A stretch of DNA of 64,000 bases from Octopus sinensis (taxonomy: Eukaryota), in NCBI RefSeq assembly GCF_006345805.1, contig NC_043001.1:78120001-78184000 (forward strand), read 5' to 3'. Numbering within the stretch: position 1 is the stretch's first letter; each line of letters starts with the position of its first letter. A model generated the notes under the pieces. The model saw only the letters and a program-made list of their open reading frames with translations, was not told the origin of the DNA and did not search any database. The position numbers were made by a program, and so were the translations under genes. Shown here one piece after another: positions 27,661-40,819 of the stretch.

Positions 27661-28650
27661 TGATAATAATAATAATAATAATAATAATAATATCAATAAT
27701 GATGATGATGATAATGATGCTGTTGATTATGATGATGTACATGTATGCATATGTATTTTTAGATATGTGTGTGTTAGTACGCGCGCGTGTGTTTGTGATT
27801 GTATATAAGCTATAGGAGGTCTGTGATTTGAAAGGGACACAAAATCCCGTCTGAAAATTTTTTGTAGAGAATTGTTGGATTACACTATGTGTGATGTGTG
27901 ATGCATATATGTATACACAAACACACACACATACATACACACAAATATATATACGTATATATATATATGTGTGTATATAAATAAATACGCGTTGCTGGTG
28001 TCCAGGCAATCTTATTAAGCATACTCCAGATTATATCAATGCTTTCTGGCTATATCCATTGACTCTTTAGCAACAATATGAATAGATTCATATATATAAA
28101 TAGATCTCATACATATCTATTGTTAAATCAGTATTGCTCATAAATATATATAGTTTTGTATAACTGAGTCATTTGTTTGTCGCATCATCAGCTGATATGG
28201 GGCTATGTTGTCTGTTGCTGAGAGAATGTACAGAGTGCTTATGTTGATGGTTATTCAAAGCTGTCTAAGTCTTGTGAAATTGATGTGTTGGATATGTATC
28301 TTTAAATGAGCATTTCTGTGTGTGTATATCACTTAGAAGGTCTTTTTGATAGTCTTAACTTGTTGTGTAGTAGCAGGTTTATTCTTATCGAGCAGGTTTA
28401 TCCTTATACATATTCCAATCCCAGTGCGCCTGTCTTTTTGTAGATCCAGGACGTGGTTTCCTTTGTAGTGCACACATTAGCTATAAATGATTTCTCATAA
28501 GATGTGAAAGCAAGAATAAAGCAGGCTTATGCCGGAATATATACTGACTTTGAGAGCTTGGCCTTTCCGTACTTTTAGAAGTGCACCTGTGTATAATCTC
28601 TTGTGGAATTTAGTAAACAGAACCGTCTGCACAGAAGCTTCTGTTATTGG

Positions 28651-28728
<78 letters not shown>

Positions 28729-28794
28729 AAGGTTGAAAACGAACATACCAGTTGATATATATGGAAACAAATATATATATATATGTATATATTC

Positions 28795-29191
28795 TCCTTT
28801 ACCTGTTTCAGTCATTTGACTGCGGCCATGCTGAAGCACCGCCTTTAGTCGATTAAATCGACCCCAGGAGTTATTCTTTTATAAGTCTGTACTTATTCTA
28901 TTGATCCCTTCTGTCGAACGGCTAGGTTACGGGGAAGTAAGCACACCAGCATCGGTTGTCAAGAGATGCTGGGGTGACAAACACAGACACACAAACACAC
29001 ACACATGCACATATACATATATATATATAGACATATATTACGATGGGCTTCTTTCAGTTTCCGTCTACCAAATCCACTCACAAGGAGTTGGTCGGCCCGA
29101 GGCTATAGTAGAAGACACTTGCCAGAGATGCCACGCAGTGGGACTGAGCCCGGAAGCATATGGTTGGTAAGCAAGCTACTTACCACACAGC
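28795..29191 (-). mobile_element. SINE family A
   Basis: Reverse complement of the complete family A consensus, ending ccacacagcc. Confidence 0.85.
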
Positions 29192-29231
29192 CGTATGTAT
29201 GTATGTATGTATGTATGTATGTATGTATTAA

Positions 29232-29984
29232 GAAGGAGGCAGTCAGAATTTTGGATAATTCTTTTTCTGTGCTTTCGTTCGTACGATCGAACTCTTCAAG
29301 ACAATGCACAGAAAATGTCTTCCATTGTTTATATAAATCGAAAAGTGGATGTCGTTTTGTTCTGTTTAGAAGACGACAAATTTTTTTTTTTTTTTTTTTT
29401 TGAAGAAAGGGAGAAAGAGAAAAAGATAGGAAGAAGGACAAGCAAGAAAGTGAAGGAAAAGCAAAGAGGAGAGGAAGCGGAAACGAGGAAATGAGAAAGA
29501 GATGCTTTCGAAAATAATGACTGAATCAAGAATGACATGTGGAATTACAATTTAATTTCAATGGGTTGACCACATATGCATCACTTTTATAATCCTAATG
29601 TGTATATTTAAAAATAGGTTAATATGTATATAATAAGAGAGGAAGAGGAAAAGAGAAAGAGATGCTTTTGAAAACAATGACTGAATCAAGAATAACATCT
29701 TCAATTGTAATTAACTTTCAATGTGTTGACCACATTGATAAAATATAATTGAAAAGAAACCTCATTCTCTCTTCCTTTCCTCTTTGTGTTTCTTTCTCTT
29801 TCTTGCTTGTCCTTCTTTTCTTTCCCATGTCCTCCCTTTTTCCAAAAACCAACATTTCTCCTCTTCAAAACAAAACAAATGAACATCCTCTTTTCGATTT
29901 GTATAAAAGGAGACTTCGATTGGAGGGAACAAAACGCTAATGAAGAATTATCCAAAATTATCCAAAATTCTGATTGCCGCCTTC
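29232..29984. mobile_element. 753-bp non-autonomous foldback DNA transposon with TTAA TSD (Kolobok-like)
   Basis: TTAA|GAAGGAGGCAG ... TTGCCGCCTTC|TTAA; about 250-bp imperfect inverted arms; internal direct repeat of about 100 bp. Confidence 0.7.
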
Positions 29985-30259
29985 TTAATATACAATCTGT
30001 ACACCACATCTAAGTATTCAGGTATCTCTAAAGGTGTAAAGAAAATGATAACGACATCCATCTAGGATGGATAAGAGCTCACAGCTACAGCTGGTTAAAA
30101 TTTAGATGATCAGAGGAGATTTGTGATTAGTGTTTATAGAACACCAGCCTGAAACTAGACTGACACTGGAATTGAGAGTCAAGTACGTCTCGTGATATCA
30201 TGCAGTGTCTATCATATTTTACGACATATAATTCGAAATCTCCACATCAAATTTTACAG

Positions 30260-30375
30260 ACAAAAATTGGCATATGGATTTACATTACGAAGAAGGCGTT
30301 GCAAGGCCAAAAATATCTCGTGAATACAGCAAGATTTGGAAAGCTAGAGATGATATTTCAATGTTTACCTTACAG
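30260..30375 (+). other. Candidate internal exon, (D)KNWHMDLHYEEGVARPKISREYSKIWKARDDISMFTLQ
   Basis: ttttacag| acceptor, CAG|gtttat donor and an open frame; no homolog recognised. Confidence 0.2.
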
Positions 30376-31456
30376 GTTTATACTATATGCTATGTCAACG
30401 GAAAATATAGCATGTCAGAATACGAACCACTGTACTGTCAGCTGTTACTTTTTCTCAATGCTTTACTGATGCAAAAAGTCGTTCCATCGCAAAGTAATAT
30501 TGGTGAAAAATAGAAATTGTAAATGTGGTTTAACAAGTTCTAATGCCATTTAGACATCAAGGTATCATTAATACTTACACTAAAAGACATTGATCGAAGG
30601 GGTAAATTTTCCCTTTTGTATCATAACATAATTACAATAATTCGTTTCCCTTTCATCCATTATTAATAACGTTCTCATCAATTTACCCTGCCCCCACTCC
30701 ATCAAACCAACCGCCACAATATTAAACTTACGTTGAGTAGCTGATGAAATTACAAGAAGAAACGGCTTGCCACATTACACGGACATCTATTCACGAAGAA
30801 GTGTGAAATCAAAATGGTGTATACAGGTTCTCGCTATTATAAAAGCCACTCAGTAATATGACAGAAACATCGTTGGTCGAATTTAATGGAGATGGTAGCG
30901 GTGGCAAGGATGGTAAAGTGGTGATTGGGAATACTTGCTGTGATTGTGGAGATGAAAGTGACTTTTCGATAATTGTAGTTGTGTCTGTAGTGTTAAGTGG
31001 TAATGGAAGTAAGGATCTGGGATTAATATTTGAGGTGGTTATTATGACATATAGGCATGGTTATACTGTTGGTCATGATATTGGTGGATACAGTAAAGCG
31101 TTGGTTGTTGTTACACACTTCTGGTCTCATGGGAACGACGTTAAGGCTTATACACACGCACGTATAGATGTATCAGTTTGTATCTGTTACTGGCTGCACA
31201 TATATGTGTATATACGTATGCATGCATAGATAGTTAGATCTATCCATCTGTCTGTCTATCTAGCTATCCATCTATATATATATATACAGGCACATATATG
31301 TCTGCGAGTGTGTATATATATCAAGAGCTGAAACTGGAAAACATAAACATAAACATACAATTCTATCTATCTATCTGTCTCTCTGTCTCTCTGTCTGTCC
31401 GTCGGTCTATCTGTTTCTCTCTCTTTCTCTCTCTCTCTCTGTATATATATATAATG

Positions 31457-31505
<49 letters not shown>

Positions 31506-32171
31506 TATATATATATATAATATATATATATATATAGGCACAGACACACACATGCGCACACACACACATTTGTATGTGTAGATACGAGTGCATACATGTA
31601 TGCCTGTCTGTGTAGGTAAGTATACACGTGTGTGTGTTTTAGCACACGCACGCGAAATTGTTCGTGTGCGTGTGTGCGCGTGCTTGTGCGTGTGAGCGAG
31701 TGCGCATGCGTGTGTGTTTGTATGTGTGATTGAGTGAGTGAGTGAGTGAATGAGTGAGCGAGTGAGTGAGTAACTGACTGACTGACTGATTGACTGGCTG
31801 ACTAACTGAGTGTGCCTGGATTCAGGATACGCCATAATGTTTCGGAAATCCATGTTTGTTTCACAAAGGAGAAATCCCAAATTCTAACCCATTGTATTGA
31901 AGCTTGCGCAGATAACAGTAAACATAAACTATAGGGAGCTACATTAAAAGCATTTGTTTGAAGCATATACATTGAAACGATGAGGTACTCCGACGCTATT
32001 TTCAAGGATGAAGAGTGCATGGCGTTTGAAATTTATGGACCAAACGATGTCACACTTTGTAACATTGGATTTTACTGGGTTCTATTTCATGCTTACAATT
32101 GTGTGTGAGATGTCGTTTTGTTTTGTTTTGTTTTTGTTTATGTGTATATGTGATATTATATATATATATAT

Positions 32172-32210
<39 letters not shown>

Positions 32211-32269
32211 TATACACATATAAACACGTATATATATATACAGTTCAAAATTTACAGAAATCAAAAGAC

Positions 32270-32365
32270 GTAGGAAGGTGAGGGAAGCAGCTGTATTAGT
32301 TTGACGCTCGGTAAGAATAGAAAAGTCTTGGACGCTTCTAGCCTAGGCTGTTCGACAGAAAGGGT
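32270..32365 (-). mobile_element. Penelope-like terminal (pLTR) fragment
   Basis: Reverse complement matches the 26.5 kb and 43.9 kb motif (aagactt..ccgagcgtcaaactaatac). Confidence 0.6.
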
Positions 32366-33234
32366 TGAGCGGTAAAAAATGGACAGGGAACGAAAAAAAA
32401 TTGAAATGACCGCAAGAATGAGGGTGCGAGAAAGTGAGATAATAACGGTAACCCGCCCCTTCTAGGGTGCGCAGTCGCATGTGTGTATGTGAGAATAGTG
32501 TGTGTGAGTGTGTATGTGTGAATAGAGGCGAGCGCTTGTGAAAGTATGCGTGGGCAAGCATAAAATTATGTGCCTACAGTATATGTGCGTATGGTAGCGT
32601 GTGTGTCTGTATAAATTTCGAGTATTTGCGTGTGTGTGTGAGCGTGTGTGCGTATGGAAGTGTGTAAATTATGTGTATATTATATGTGTAATGCTATCAG
32701 GAACCTGCACGCATGTGTGTGTATGTGCAAACGCTTGCGCGTACCCGTTAATGTGTTCTCGTTCCAGTGCTGAGAGAACATGTGCGTGTGTATGAGTTAG
32801 CTCACGAAGTGTACGTCTACGTGACGCTATAGTGTGAGTGTGTATTGTGTATGTCTATGTGTGAAAGTTGTGTGTGTTTATGCGTGTCGTGTGCGTTTGT
32901 ATATTGTCTGTGTTCAGGCGTGTGCAAAATGAAATAATTCTGTTTTGTAAATGATTCTCAAAGAACCTAAATATAATAAATAATATAGAAATATCTGGTT
33001 TACATTAGTTATTCCATCCAGAAGAGATTTTTCAACCCGATACTTTGATATCATTATTTATAGCATTAATGTACTTCAAGAACCAATTCAGGAAAAGAAA
33101 TATTTCACATCCTCTCGAAACTTTATAAATTCTTATGACATCATGTATATATATATTATACATATGCGTATATGTTGGGCTATAAATATACATAAACACG
33201 CACACACACGCGAATACACACATATATAAATTAA

Positions 33235-33346
33235 GAAGAAAACGGAGAAATCTTGATCAACAAATTGACTACCATCGATTACCATTTTTTTAATAATAAT
33301 CGATAGTTGTCAATTTGTTGTTAATCAAGATTTCTCCATTTTCTGC
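33235..33346. mobile_element. 112-bp palindromic MITE with TTAA/ATAA flanks
   Basis: Arms gaagaaaacggagaaatcttgat-caacaaattgactaccatcgatta and taatcgatagttgtcaatttgttgttaatcaagatttctccattttctgc. Confidence 0.7.
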
Positions 33347-33523
33347 ATAATTTCAATTTGATTCATAATAAACTCTTGTTCATCTTCGTTATTCCCTGTA
33401 TCCTATGATCCTGATATGCTTGCATATGTATGCCCAGGGTTAACATAGGTAATTTATACCGGTAGTTAAACGGATACTCTTATGCTTTAGACCGTTATTA
33501 CAACCTACTAACTCTACTAACCT

Positions 33524-33587
<64 letters not shown>

Positions 33588-33626
33588 GGAGAGAGAGAGA
33601 GAGGGAGAGAGAGAGAGGGAGAGAGA

Positions 33627-33747
33627 GACGGGCTTCTTTCAGTTTCCCCTCTACCAAATACACTCACAAGGATTTGGTCGTCCCGATGCTATAGTAGAAG
33701 TTGCCACGCAGTGGGATTGAACTCGGAACCTTATGCTCACACAACCA

Positions 33748-33750
<3 letters not shown>
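33627..33750 (-). mobile_element. 5' half of SINE family A
   Basis: gacgggcttctttcagtttcc..ctaccaaat..ccacgcagtgggattgaac. Confidence 0.75.
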
Positions 33751-33784
<34 letters not shown>

Positions 33785-33787
<3 letters not shown>

Positions 33788-34210
33788 ATACAAAACGGGA
33801 CAATACAACATCCAGATAGATGATACAAAGAAAGCAAGGACGTGTCGTTCGAAGTTTTCTTTCCTCAGTCTTTTCCCAGATTATCTTCGCAATTTCGGCT
33901 GATTAAACTCGAGATTGCTCTAATCTGGCTAGCCCCAAGGAAAAACTAATCTAAGAGCATTACATTTCTCGGAAGAAAGCAGCGAATGTATGCAAAAGCA
34001 AGGACGGTAAAAAACGGACAATGTTACACATATACAATATAAATAGTAACAGGACATAACAACAGGTGTCTTTCGACTAAGGACGAATTATATTAAGCTG
34101 GTGTGTGTGGAAATGAAGCCTTACGGCAGAGATACAAGATTGCATAGCCACAGGGAGGAATATCGATGTTGCACGGAGAACGGTCAGACCAAGAAAGAAA
34201 GATCAGGCAT
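33785..34210 (-). mobile_element. Interspersed repeat, second copy of the 46470-46860 family (possible Penelope-like pLTR)
   Basis: Reverse-complement similarity: gactaaggacgaattatattaagctgg, ctcgagattgct, gccccaaggaaaaactaa, catccagataga. Confidence 0.7.
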
Positions 34211-34211
34211 G

Positions 34212-35515
34212 TACACTGCGTTTCACTTTATAAACAGCGTAACGTTTTTAAAAATTGTATTTTAAAACTACTCCTTTGAATTCAACGAAATTTCCACAGA
34301 ATGATGAGAATAGCTATATGCACGTAGTGTGTAAAAAACGTTCGGTTATTTACATGATTCCCACGAACATTCAGTGTTTTGAAATTATTAACAGGTGGTC
34401 TGGTAATCTTGTAATTATGGGTCGTAAATGTTGTTTACATGCTCCAGAGAAATCTGCTTTTACTTCTGATCTTGCAAAAGGTAAATCAATATTAGAAATA
34501 TCTAGTTGACAAGAGTCAGTCGATGGCTGTTTCTCAACGTTCTCTGTCACGAATTATGATTAAATCTGTAAAGAACCAAGGTCTTACAAGTGGAGAACAT
34601 TTCAAGCGCATTGGCGTAACAACTGCATCCTGAACAACCCGATGTTTTCTCCTGAAAAAGTTCTGTAAACTAGTGACATCAGTTAAAAAGCCTACTTTAA
34701 GCAAAATACACGTAGAAAATAGTCTGAAATGGGCAGAAGATAACATGAAAGTCGACTTTTCAAAAGTTGTTTTCACGGGCGAAACTCGTGCTACACTTGA
34801 TGCACCTGTTGGTCGGAGCAAGGGTTGGGTTGTAAATGTATGGGTTCGTTATCAAAACAAAAGGGAGGAGGCATCATGAGTTGGGCGGGTATTATAGGAG
34901 ATATTATATTTGGTCCTTGGGAAGTGTCTGACGGTGTTAAAATGACTGCAGATGCTTACGTAGCCATTCTGAGAGAAGATCTTGAAACTTCGTTCAAGAA
35001 AAGCAATGGATAAAAAAGCCAAAGATCACCTTCAGGACAAACCATAATATTCATGCAAGATAACGTGTCCTCGCATTCGGCGAAGCAAAGTACAGAGTTT
35101 CTGCAAGAATTATGCTTTTGTGGATCTCAAAAGATGAAGTGGTCTTTTGTTTCTCCGACTTAAACCCAAAACAAGTATTCTAAAGCGACGAGTTTAGGAG
35201 AATGGATGCCATTTGAGGAGCAAGGGTGAACTGTTGCTGGCAATAGTGGATATATCTCGTACTATTAAGAGGAGATCCAGAAATTAGCATGTTTCATGGA
35301 GCATCGTGTTTTCAAACTTATTTCAAACAAAAACTCATATATCCGTTACTAACCAACTTACCTATTATTTTTAAATGCTTTTTATTTGTTTATTTCTATT
35401 TCCCCTGTTTATGACTGTATGCGTTGTTTTCAGTGTATGTATCAAACAATTAGATTGGTGTTTTCTTGTTTATATGGGTTTTAATAACGCCACACTAATA
35501 ATTTGAAACACAAGG
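34212..35515 (+). mobile_element. Decayed Tc1-like transposon, probably DD37E (TRT-type)
   Basis: MGRKCCL.. N-terminus, KVVFTGETRATLDAPVGRSKGW, GGGIMSWAGII, IFMQDNVSSHSAK..KMKW..SP(D)LNP; multiple frameshifts. Confidence 0.8.
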
Positions 35516-35800
35516 TTCCGAGTTCAATCTAATGCGTGGCACCATGGGCAAATGTCTTCTACTATAGCACCGGGACGACCAAAGCCTTGTGAGTGGATTT
35601 GGTAAACGGAAACTGAAAGAAGCCCGTATATATATATGCATGTGTGTGTATAAGTTTGTATGTATGCGTTTCAACCCCCGTCATAGTTTGACAACCGATG
35701 TTGGTGTGTTTACGTCCCGGTCACTTAGCAATTCGGCAAAAGTAACCGACAGAATAAGTACTAGCCTTAGAAAGAATAAGTCCTGCGGGCGAAACGAATA
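35516..35800 (+). mobile_element. SINE family A (5'-truncated)
   Basis: gttccgagttcaatc..gaccaaagccttgtgagtggatttgg..gaataagtcctg. Confidence 0.8.
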
Positions 35801-35839
35801 AAAGAAAAAATAAAAGAAAATATGAAAATATATATTTTC

Positions 35840-36222
35840 TTTTATTCTTGTATGCGTTTCAGTCATTTGTCTGCGGCCATGCTGGAACATCTCTTTTAGT
35901 CAAACAAATCGACCCCAGTAATTATTCTATGTAAGCCTAGTACTTATTCTATTACTCACTTTTGGCGAAGCGCTAAGTTTCGGGAACGTAAACAAACTAA
36001 CATCAGTTGTCAAGCGACGCTGTAGAGGTGGGGACAAACACAGACACCACACACACACATAAGCGATAGGCTTCTTTCAGTTTCCGTCTACCAAATCCAC
36101 TTAAAAGGTCGGCTTACAATCCACTTACAATCCACTTGGTCGGCGCCAGGCACAAAGTGGAACTGAACCGGGAACCATGTGGTTGCTAAGCAAGCTACTT
36201 ACCACACAGCCATTCCTGCGCC
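35840..36222 (-). mobile_element. SINE family A, tail-to-tail with the previous copy
   Basis: tttcagtcatttgtctgcggccatgctggaac ... gcaagctacttaccacacagcc. Confidence 0.8.
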
Positions 36223-36310
36223 TAAATATATATATATATATTGTTATATTTCGGAATGGTCATATTGCCAGTTTAGCCAATAAAAAATCTTGCACAACAA
36301 ATATTTAAAC

Positions 36311-36347
<37 letters not shown>

Positions 36348-36734
36348 TATAGATAGGTGAATTATGTATGTACATAAATTATATGTAAATAAGCTGCGTA
36401 CATTTTTAGTCGAGGTAGATGAATATTTGCGATAGGACAGCCGTAGGTATCATGAGATAGATCTATTTAATTTGAGCGATCTCTTAATCATCGGAATATT
36501 CCGAAACATTCATAATTGCTATGAGTATATATTCAAATATATAATCCTATTGGATGACAAAATTCGATATCCCTAAGGTTTAAATATTAAAATTCTTAAA
36601 TATTAGCGTGGATACAAACTTTTATAAACATTCATCATATCTGATTTATTCTTCCATATTCCTATGTGTTTTCCCTATCTGAATCGACAAACAATAAACG
36701 AAGGAAGCAGTAAATTTAAGTGCAATATAATCTT

Positions 36735-37060
36735 TTACTTTTTTATTTGTTTTAGTCATTAGACTGCGGCCATGATGGAGCACAGCCTTAAAGGTTTGGG
36801 TCGAAGAATTCGGCCCCACGTCTCATTCTTTGTAATCCTAGTACATATTCTATCGGTCTATTTTGCAGAACTGCCAAGTTACGAGGGCGTAAACATACCA
36901 ACGTCTGTTGTTAATCGATGGCAAAGAGGACAAATACGCAGGCACACACAACCTGAGTCGGTGTGTTTACTTCTCCCTAACTTAGCGATTCCACATAAGA
37001 AGCCGATAGAATAAGTACCAGGCCCCAGTATGGTCGCAGTCTAATGATTTAAGCAACTAA
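36735..37060. mobile_element. SINE family A tail fragments in both orientations
   Basis: tttagtcattagactgcggccatg (minus) and gtgtgtttac..aacttagcgattc..gatagaataagtacc (plus). Confidence 0.6.
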
Positions 37061-38164
37061 AATATAAAAGATACACACACACTCACGCGCACGCGCCTAC
37101 ACACATACATACACATACACACACACTCATGCAAACATGCACATGTATGTATGGGAATGTTCCTGTTTCTTTTTTTATGCGTCTCTCCGACCATTGCTTC
37201 AGAATTAGTATTGCTTTGTTTACGGTAGAAAATGTACCAGACTTTAAAATTAGTATCGGGGTCAATTTCTTTGAATAAAACCTTCACGTCAGTACTCGAA
37301 CATGGCTGCATTCCAATGACTCAAAAATGTAGAAATATAAGATTAAGGCTGTAGATTATGTTTTCCCGCTTATTTAGCTATTTACCAATAAAGATAGTTT
37401 CATTACGTCTATCTGAATATATTGAACACAAATATGCCATAATATTCGATATAAAATAGTAATTATTACAACAAAAATTAATATTTAGCTCATTGTAAAC
37501 AAAGTAGAGTAATTTTACCGTTGACACATTTAATTTTATTCTCCGATGGGATGTTCTGATTATTCGTATGTTATGCTAATTCTTTTTTATCTTGTTCCGT
37601 TTGTTCTGGTCGTTCGTTTGTGGTTCTTTCTTAAACGATATCTCGTGATACTGTTCGACTAAATATTAGATGCATATCATTTATAAGGCCCGTCTCTTCC
37701 ACCTCCGCTGTATATATATATGTTTTACATATAAATTTCACAACTCCACATCCGTTCACATATATGAATATTAATTTTAATATTTGTACACATAAATTGT
37801 TTCCTGTATATGCAGATTACAAAATACGCACGTATTTTATATTTCTGCATATAATTACACATACACACATAGACATACACATACAGATACACATACACAT
37901 ATGCATACGTAGTTTAATGCTTTTATATGTGGGTGTGTATGTGTGTATATATTTTTATATTGGTTTTCTTATTAACATAGCATATTTTATGAATTAATTG
38001 AAAATGTTTAAAATCTTGATTTGACCAAATTAATTATAGTTTAATTTATCATGTCTAACATTTATGTAATTATACATTTAGTGAAATTTATCGTGATGAA
38101 ACAGCTGTTGAAAAAATTTCGGAAATATTTATGAAAAGTATTGTTGACTGCTTATGTATTGAGA

Positions 38165-38450
38165 AAGACCCCCTTACCGTGGGATTGCACCTAGAAAGTT
38201 ACCCTCAGCAGTCGCCCATGAATACCGGCCTTCCCCTCTCCCCGCCACCAGTGCTATCTAAAGGAAAGGCAAGGGCCAATACATCGTCACACCTGTAACG
38301 TCGCATCTCATTTCTACAGCTGAGTGACTTGGAGTGACATGAAATAAAGTATATTGTTCAAAAATACAACATGTAGCCCGGTCCGGGATTCGAACTTACA
38401 TCCTCACGTTCGTAAGCTCGATGCTCTAACGACTGAGCCATACGCCTTCA
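38165..38450 (-). mobile_element. SINE family D
   Basis: Colinear with 2550-2874 (aaagaccccc..gggattgcacctagaaagttaccctc..ctacagctgagtga..ccgggattcgaac). Confidence 0.85.
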
Positions 38451-38452
38451 TG

Positions 38453-38512
<60 letters not shown>

Positions 38513-38526
38513 TATATATATATATA

Positions 38527-38657
<131 letters not shown>

Positions 38658-38702
38658 TATATATATATCTATATTATATATGTATGTATTCTATACATAA
38701 AA

Positions 38703-38779
38703 CATGAAGGCGTATGACTCAGTCGTTAGAGCATCGAGCTTTACGATCGTGAGGATGTATGTTCGAATCCCGGACCGGG
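38703..38779 (+). repeat. Inverted duplicate of the family D SINE head across a (TA)n tract
   Basis: Reverse complement of 38377-38452 with about 4 differences, sharing non-consensus bases. Confidence 0.85.
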
Positions 38780-39287
38780 ATATATATATATATATATATA
38801 TATGTATGACATATTCAGTTTATTTCAAGATTTCGTGGCAATACAGAAAGAACCGGTTTCTAACCAGTATGTATGTTTATATATATGCATGTATGTATCT
38901 ATCTTTATATATTTAATTACGAATTAAATCAGCTAATGTAAACAATATTGGTAGCACAAATATGCTTCGAGGTGGAGTCCAGCCCTCGGCGTCGTGTAGA
39001 GAGCATTCGCAGGTCGCTATCACAGTAAATTTAGTGTATACACAAAAAACACTATGTATAAGCGACCGATAATTCACACGAACGCCCTCACACACGGCAG
39101 CCTGCGCGCTGGCACATACTCGCGTGTGCGCGGAAGTACCGGCATACAAACAGACAGACAATTAAATACAGCGACACACATACACCCACACACGCACACA
39201 CACTCACACACATAGTCACAATACGTACATTTACAGACACAGACTCAAATATGTGTGCGTGTGTGTTATATGTGATATATGAGAGTG

Positions 39288-39790
39288 TTTGGCTGTGTGG
39301 TAAGTAGCTTGCTTACCAACCACATGGTTTCGGGTGCATTCTCACTTCGTGGCAACTAGGGCAAGTGTCTGCTACTATAGCCTCGGACCGACCAAGGCCT
39401 TGTGAATGGATTTGGTAGACGGAAACTGAAAGAAGCCCGTCGTATATATATATATATATATTATATATATCTATAATATATATATAAGTTGTGTGTGTGT
39501 GTGTGTGTGGTGTGTGTGTGTGTTATGTGCGTGGTGTATGTGATTTGTGGTATGTGTGTGTGTATGTGTTTGTGTGTATGTATATGTGTGTCTGTGTTCC
39601 CCCAACATCACTTGACAACCGATGCTGGTCTGTTTACGTCCCCGTCACTTAGCGGTTCGGCAAGAGAGACCGATAGAATAAGTACTAGGATTACGAAGAC
39701 GTCATGGGGTAGATTTGCTCGATTAAAAGGCGGTGCTCCAGGATGACCGCAGTCAAATAACTGAAACAAATAAAATAATAAAAGAATACA
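39288..39790 (+). mobile_element. SINE family A, full length
   Basis: ggctgtgtggtaagtagcttgcttaccaaccacatgg ... cagtcaaataactgaaac. Confidence 0.9.
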
Positions 39791-40329
39791 ATCGTTCACA
39801 GATCTCATTTAAGTTGAGCTGAATGTTCATATGTAGATATCAGACAATTATGCAGTTACAGGTAAATCAGGTTTTGTGCAAGAAACCGATGCTAAATCCA
39901 TCTACGTTGATCTATCTGATGGCACAAAAAGTTTCCTCCCTCGCCACTTTGAGCAGTCTAGTATGAGATGAGAATGACCGTAAATAGAGGAATGAAGGCT
40001 CATTTCCTGCTCGAATATAAATGCATGACCTAATAACCTTAAATTTTAAAATAATTTGTTCTAGCGTCACTCCACTTTTACTATGTACGATGACATCGAA
40101 ACAATATGATTAAAGACGATCTTTAAAAATCAAGGTAAATAGGAAATGGTTCTATCATTTAATCTGTGCATTTATGCATATAGGCAGGGTGAAGGCGATA
40201 ATAATGTGTGATCGAAGGCAACATCGGAAGTAAATAAAAACTTGCTATAACAGAAGACAGAAAATAGGTAAAGATTAAAACAAGAGGAATTTAAGAAGAG
40301 GGAATAAAAGACACATATTTAAGAGAAAT

Positions 40330-40660
40330 TCTTCTTCTCTTCTTCTTCTTCTTCTTCTTCTTCTTCTTCTTCTTCTTCTTCTTTTTCTTCTTCTTTTTCT
40401 TCTTCTTGTCTTTTCTTTTCTCTCTTCTTATTCTTCTTCTTCTTTTTTATTTTCTTCTTATTCTTCTTCTCCTTCTTCTTCTTCTTCTTCTTCTTTCTTC
40501 TTCTCCTTCTTCTTCTTCTTCTCTTCTTCTTTTCTCTTTTTCTCTTCTTTTTCTTCTTCTTTTTCGTTCTTCTTCTTCTTTTCTTCTTCTTCTACTTCTT
40601 CTTCTTCTTCTTCTTTTCTTCTTCTTTTCTTCTTTTCTTCTTTTTGTCCTCCTTTTAACG
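40330..40660. repeat. (TTC)n microsatellite
   Basis: Direct reading. Confidence 0.95.
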
Positions 40661-40819
40661 TTTTCTTTCTTTTCGTTTTCAAGCTTTCATTTCATTTTTT
40701 TCCTTTCTTTTTTCTTTTCTCTCTTTGCCCTTTCTCCTTTATGTCTATTTTTCAAAATTTCTTCCTAAACCTTGCTCCTCTAAATAACATTAATGACAAC
40801 TGATATTATATATTATATT

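Noticed and set aside
27990-28620. Possible decayed Penelope-like segment on the minus strand
   Set aside because: No recognisable GIY-YIG or RT motif could be reconstructed
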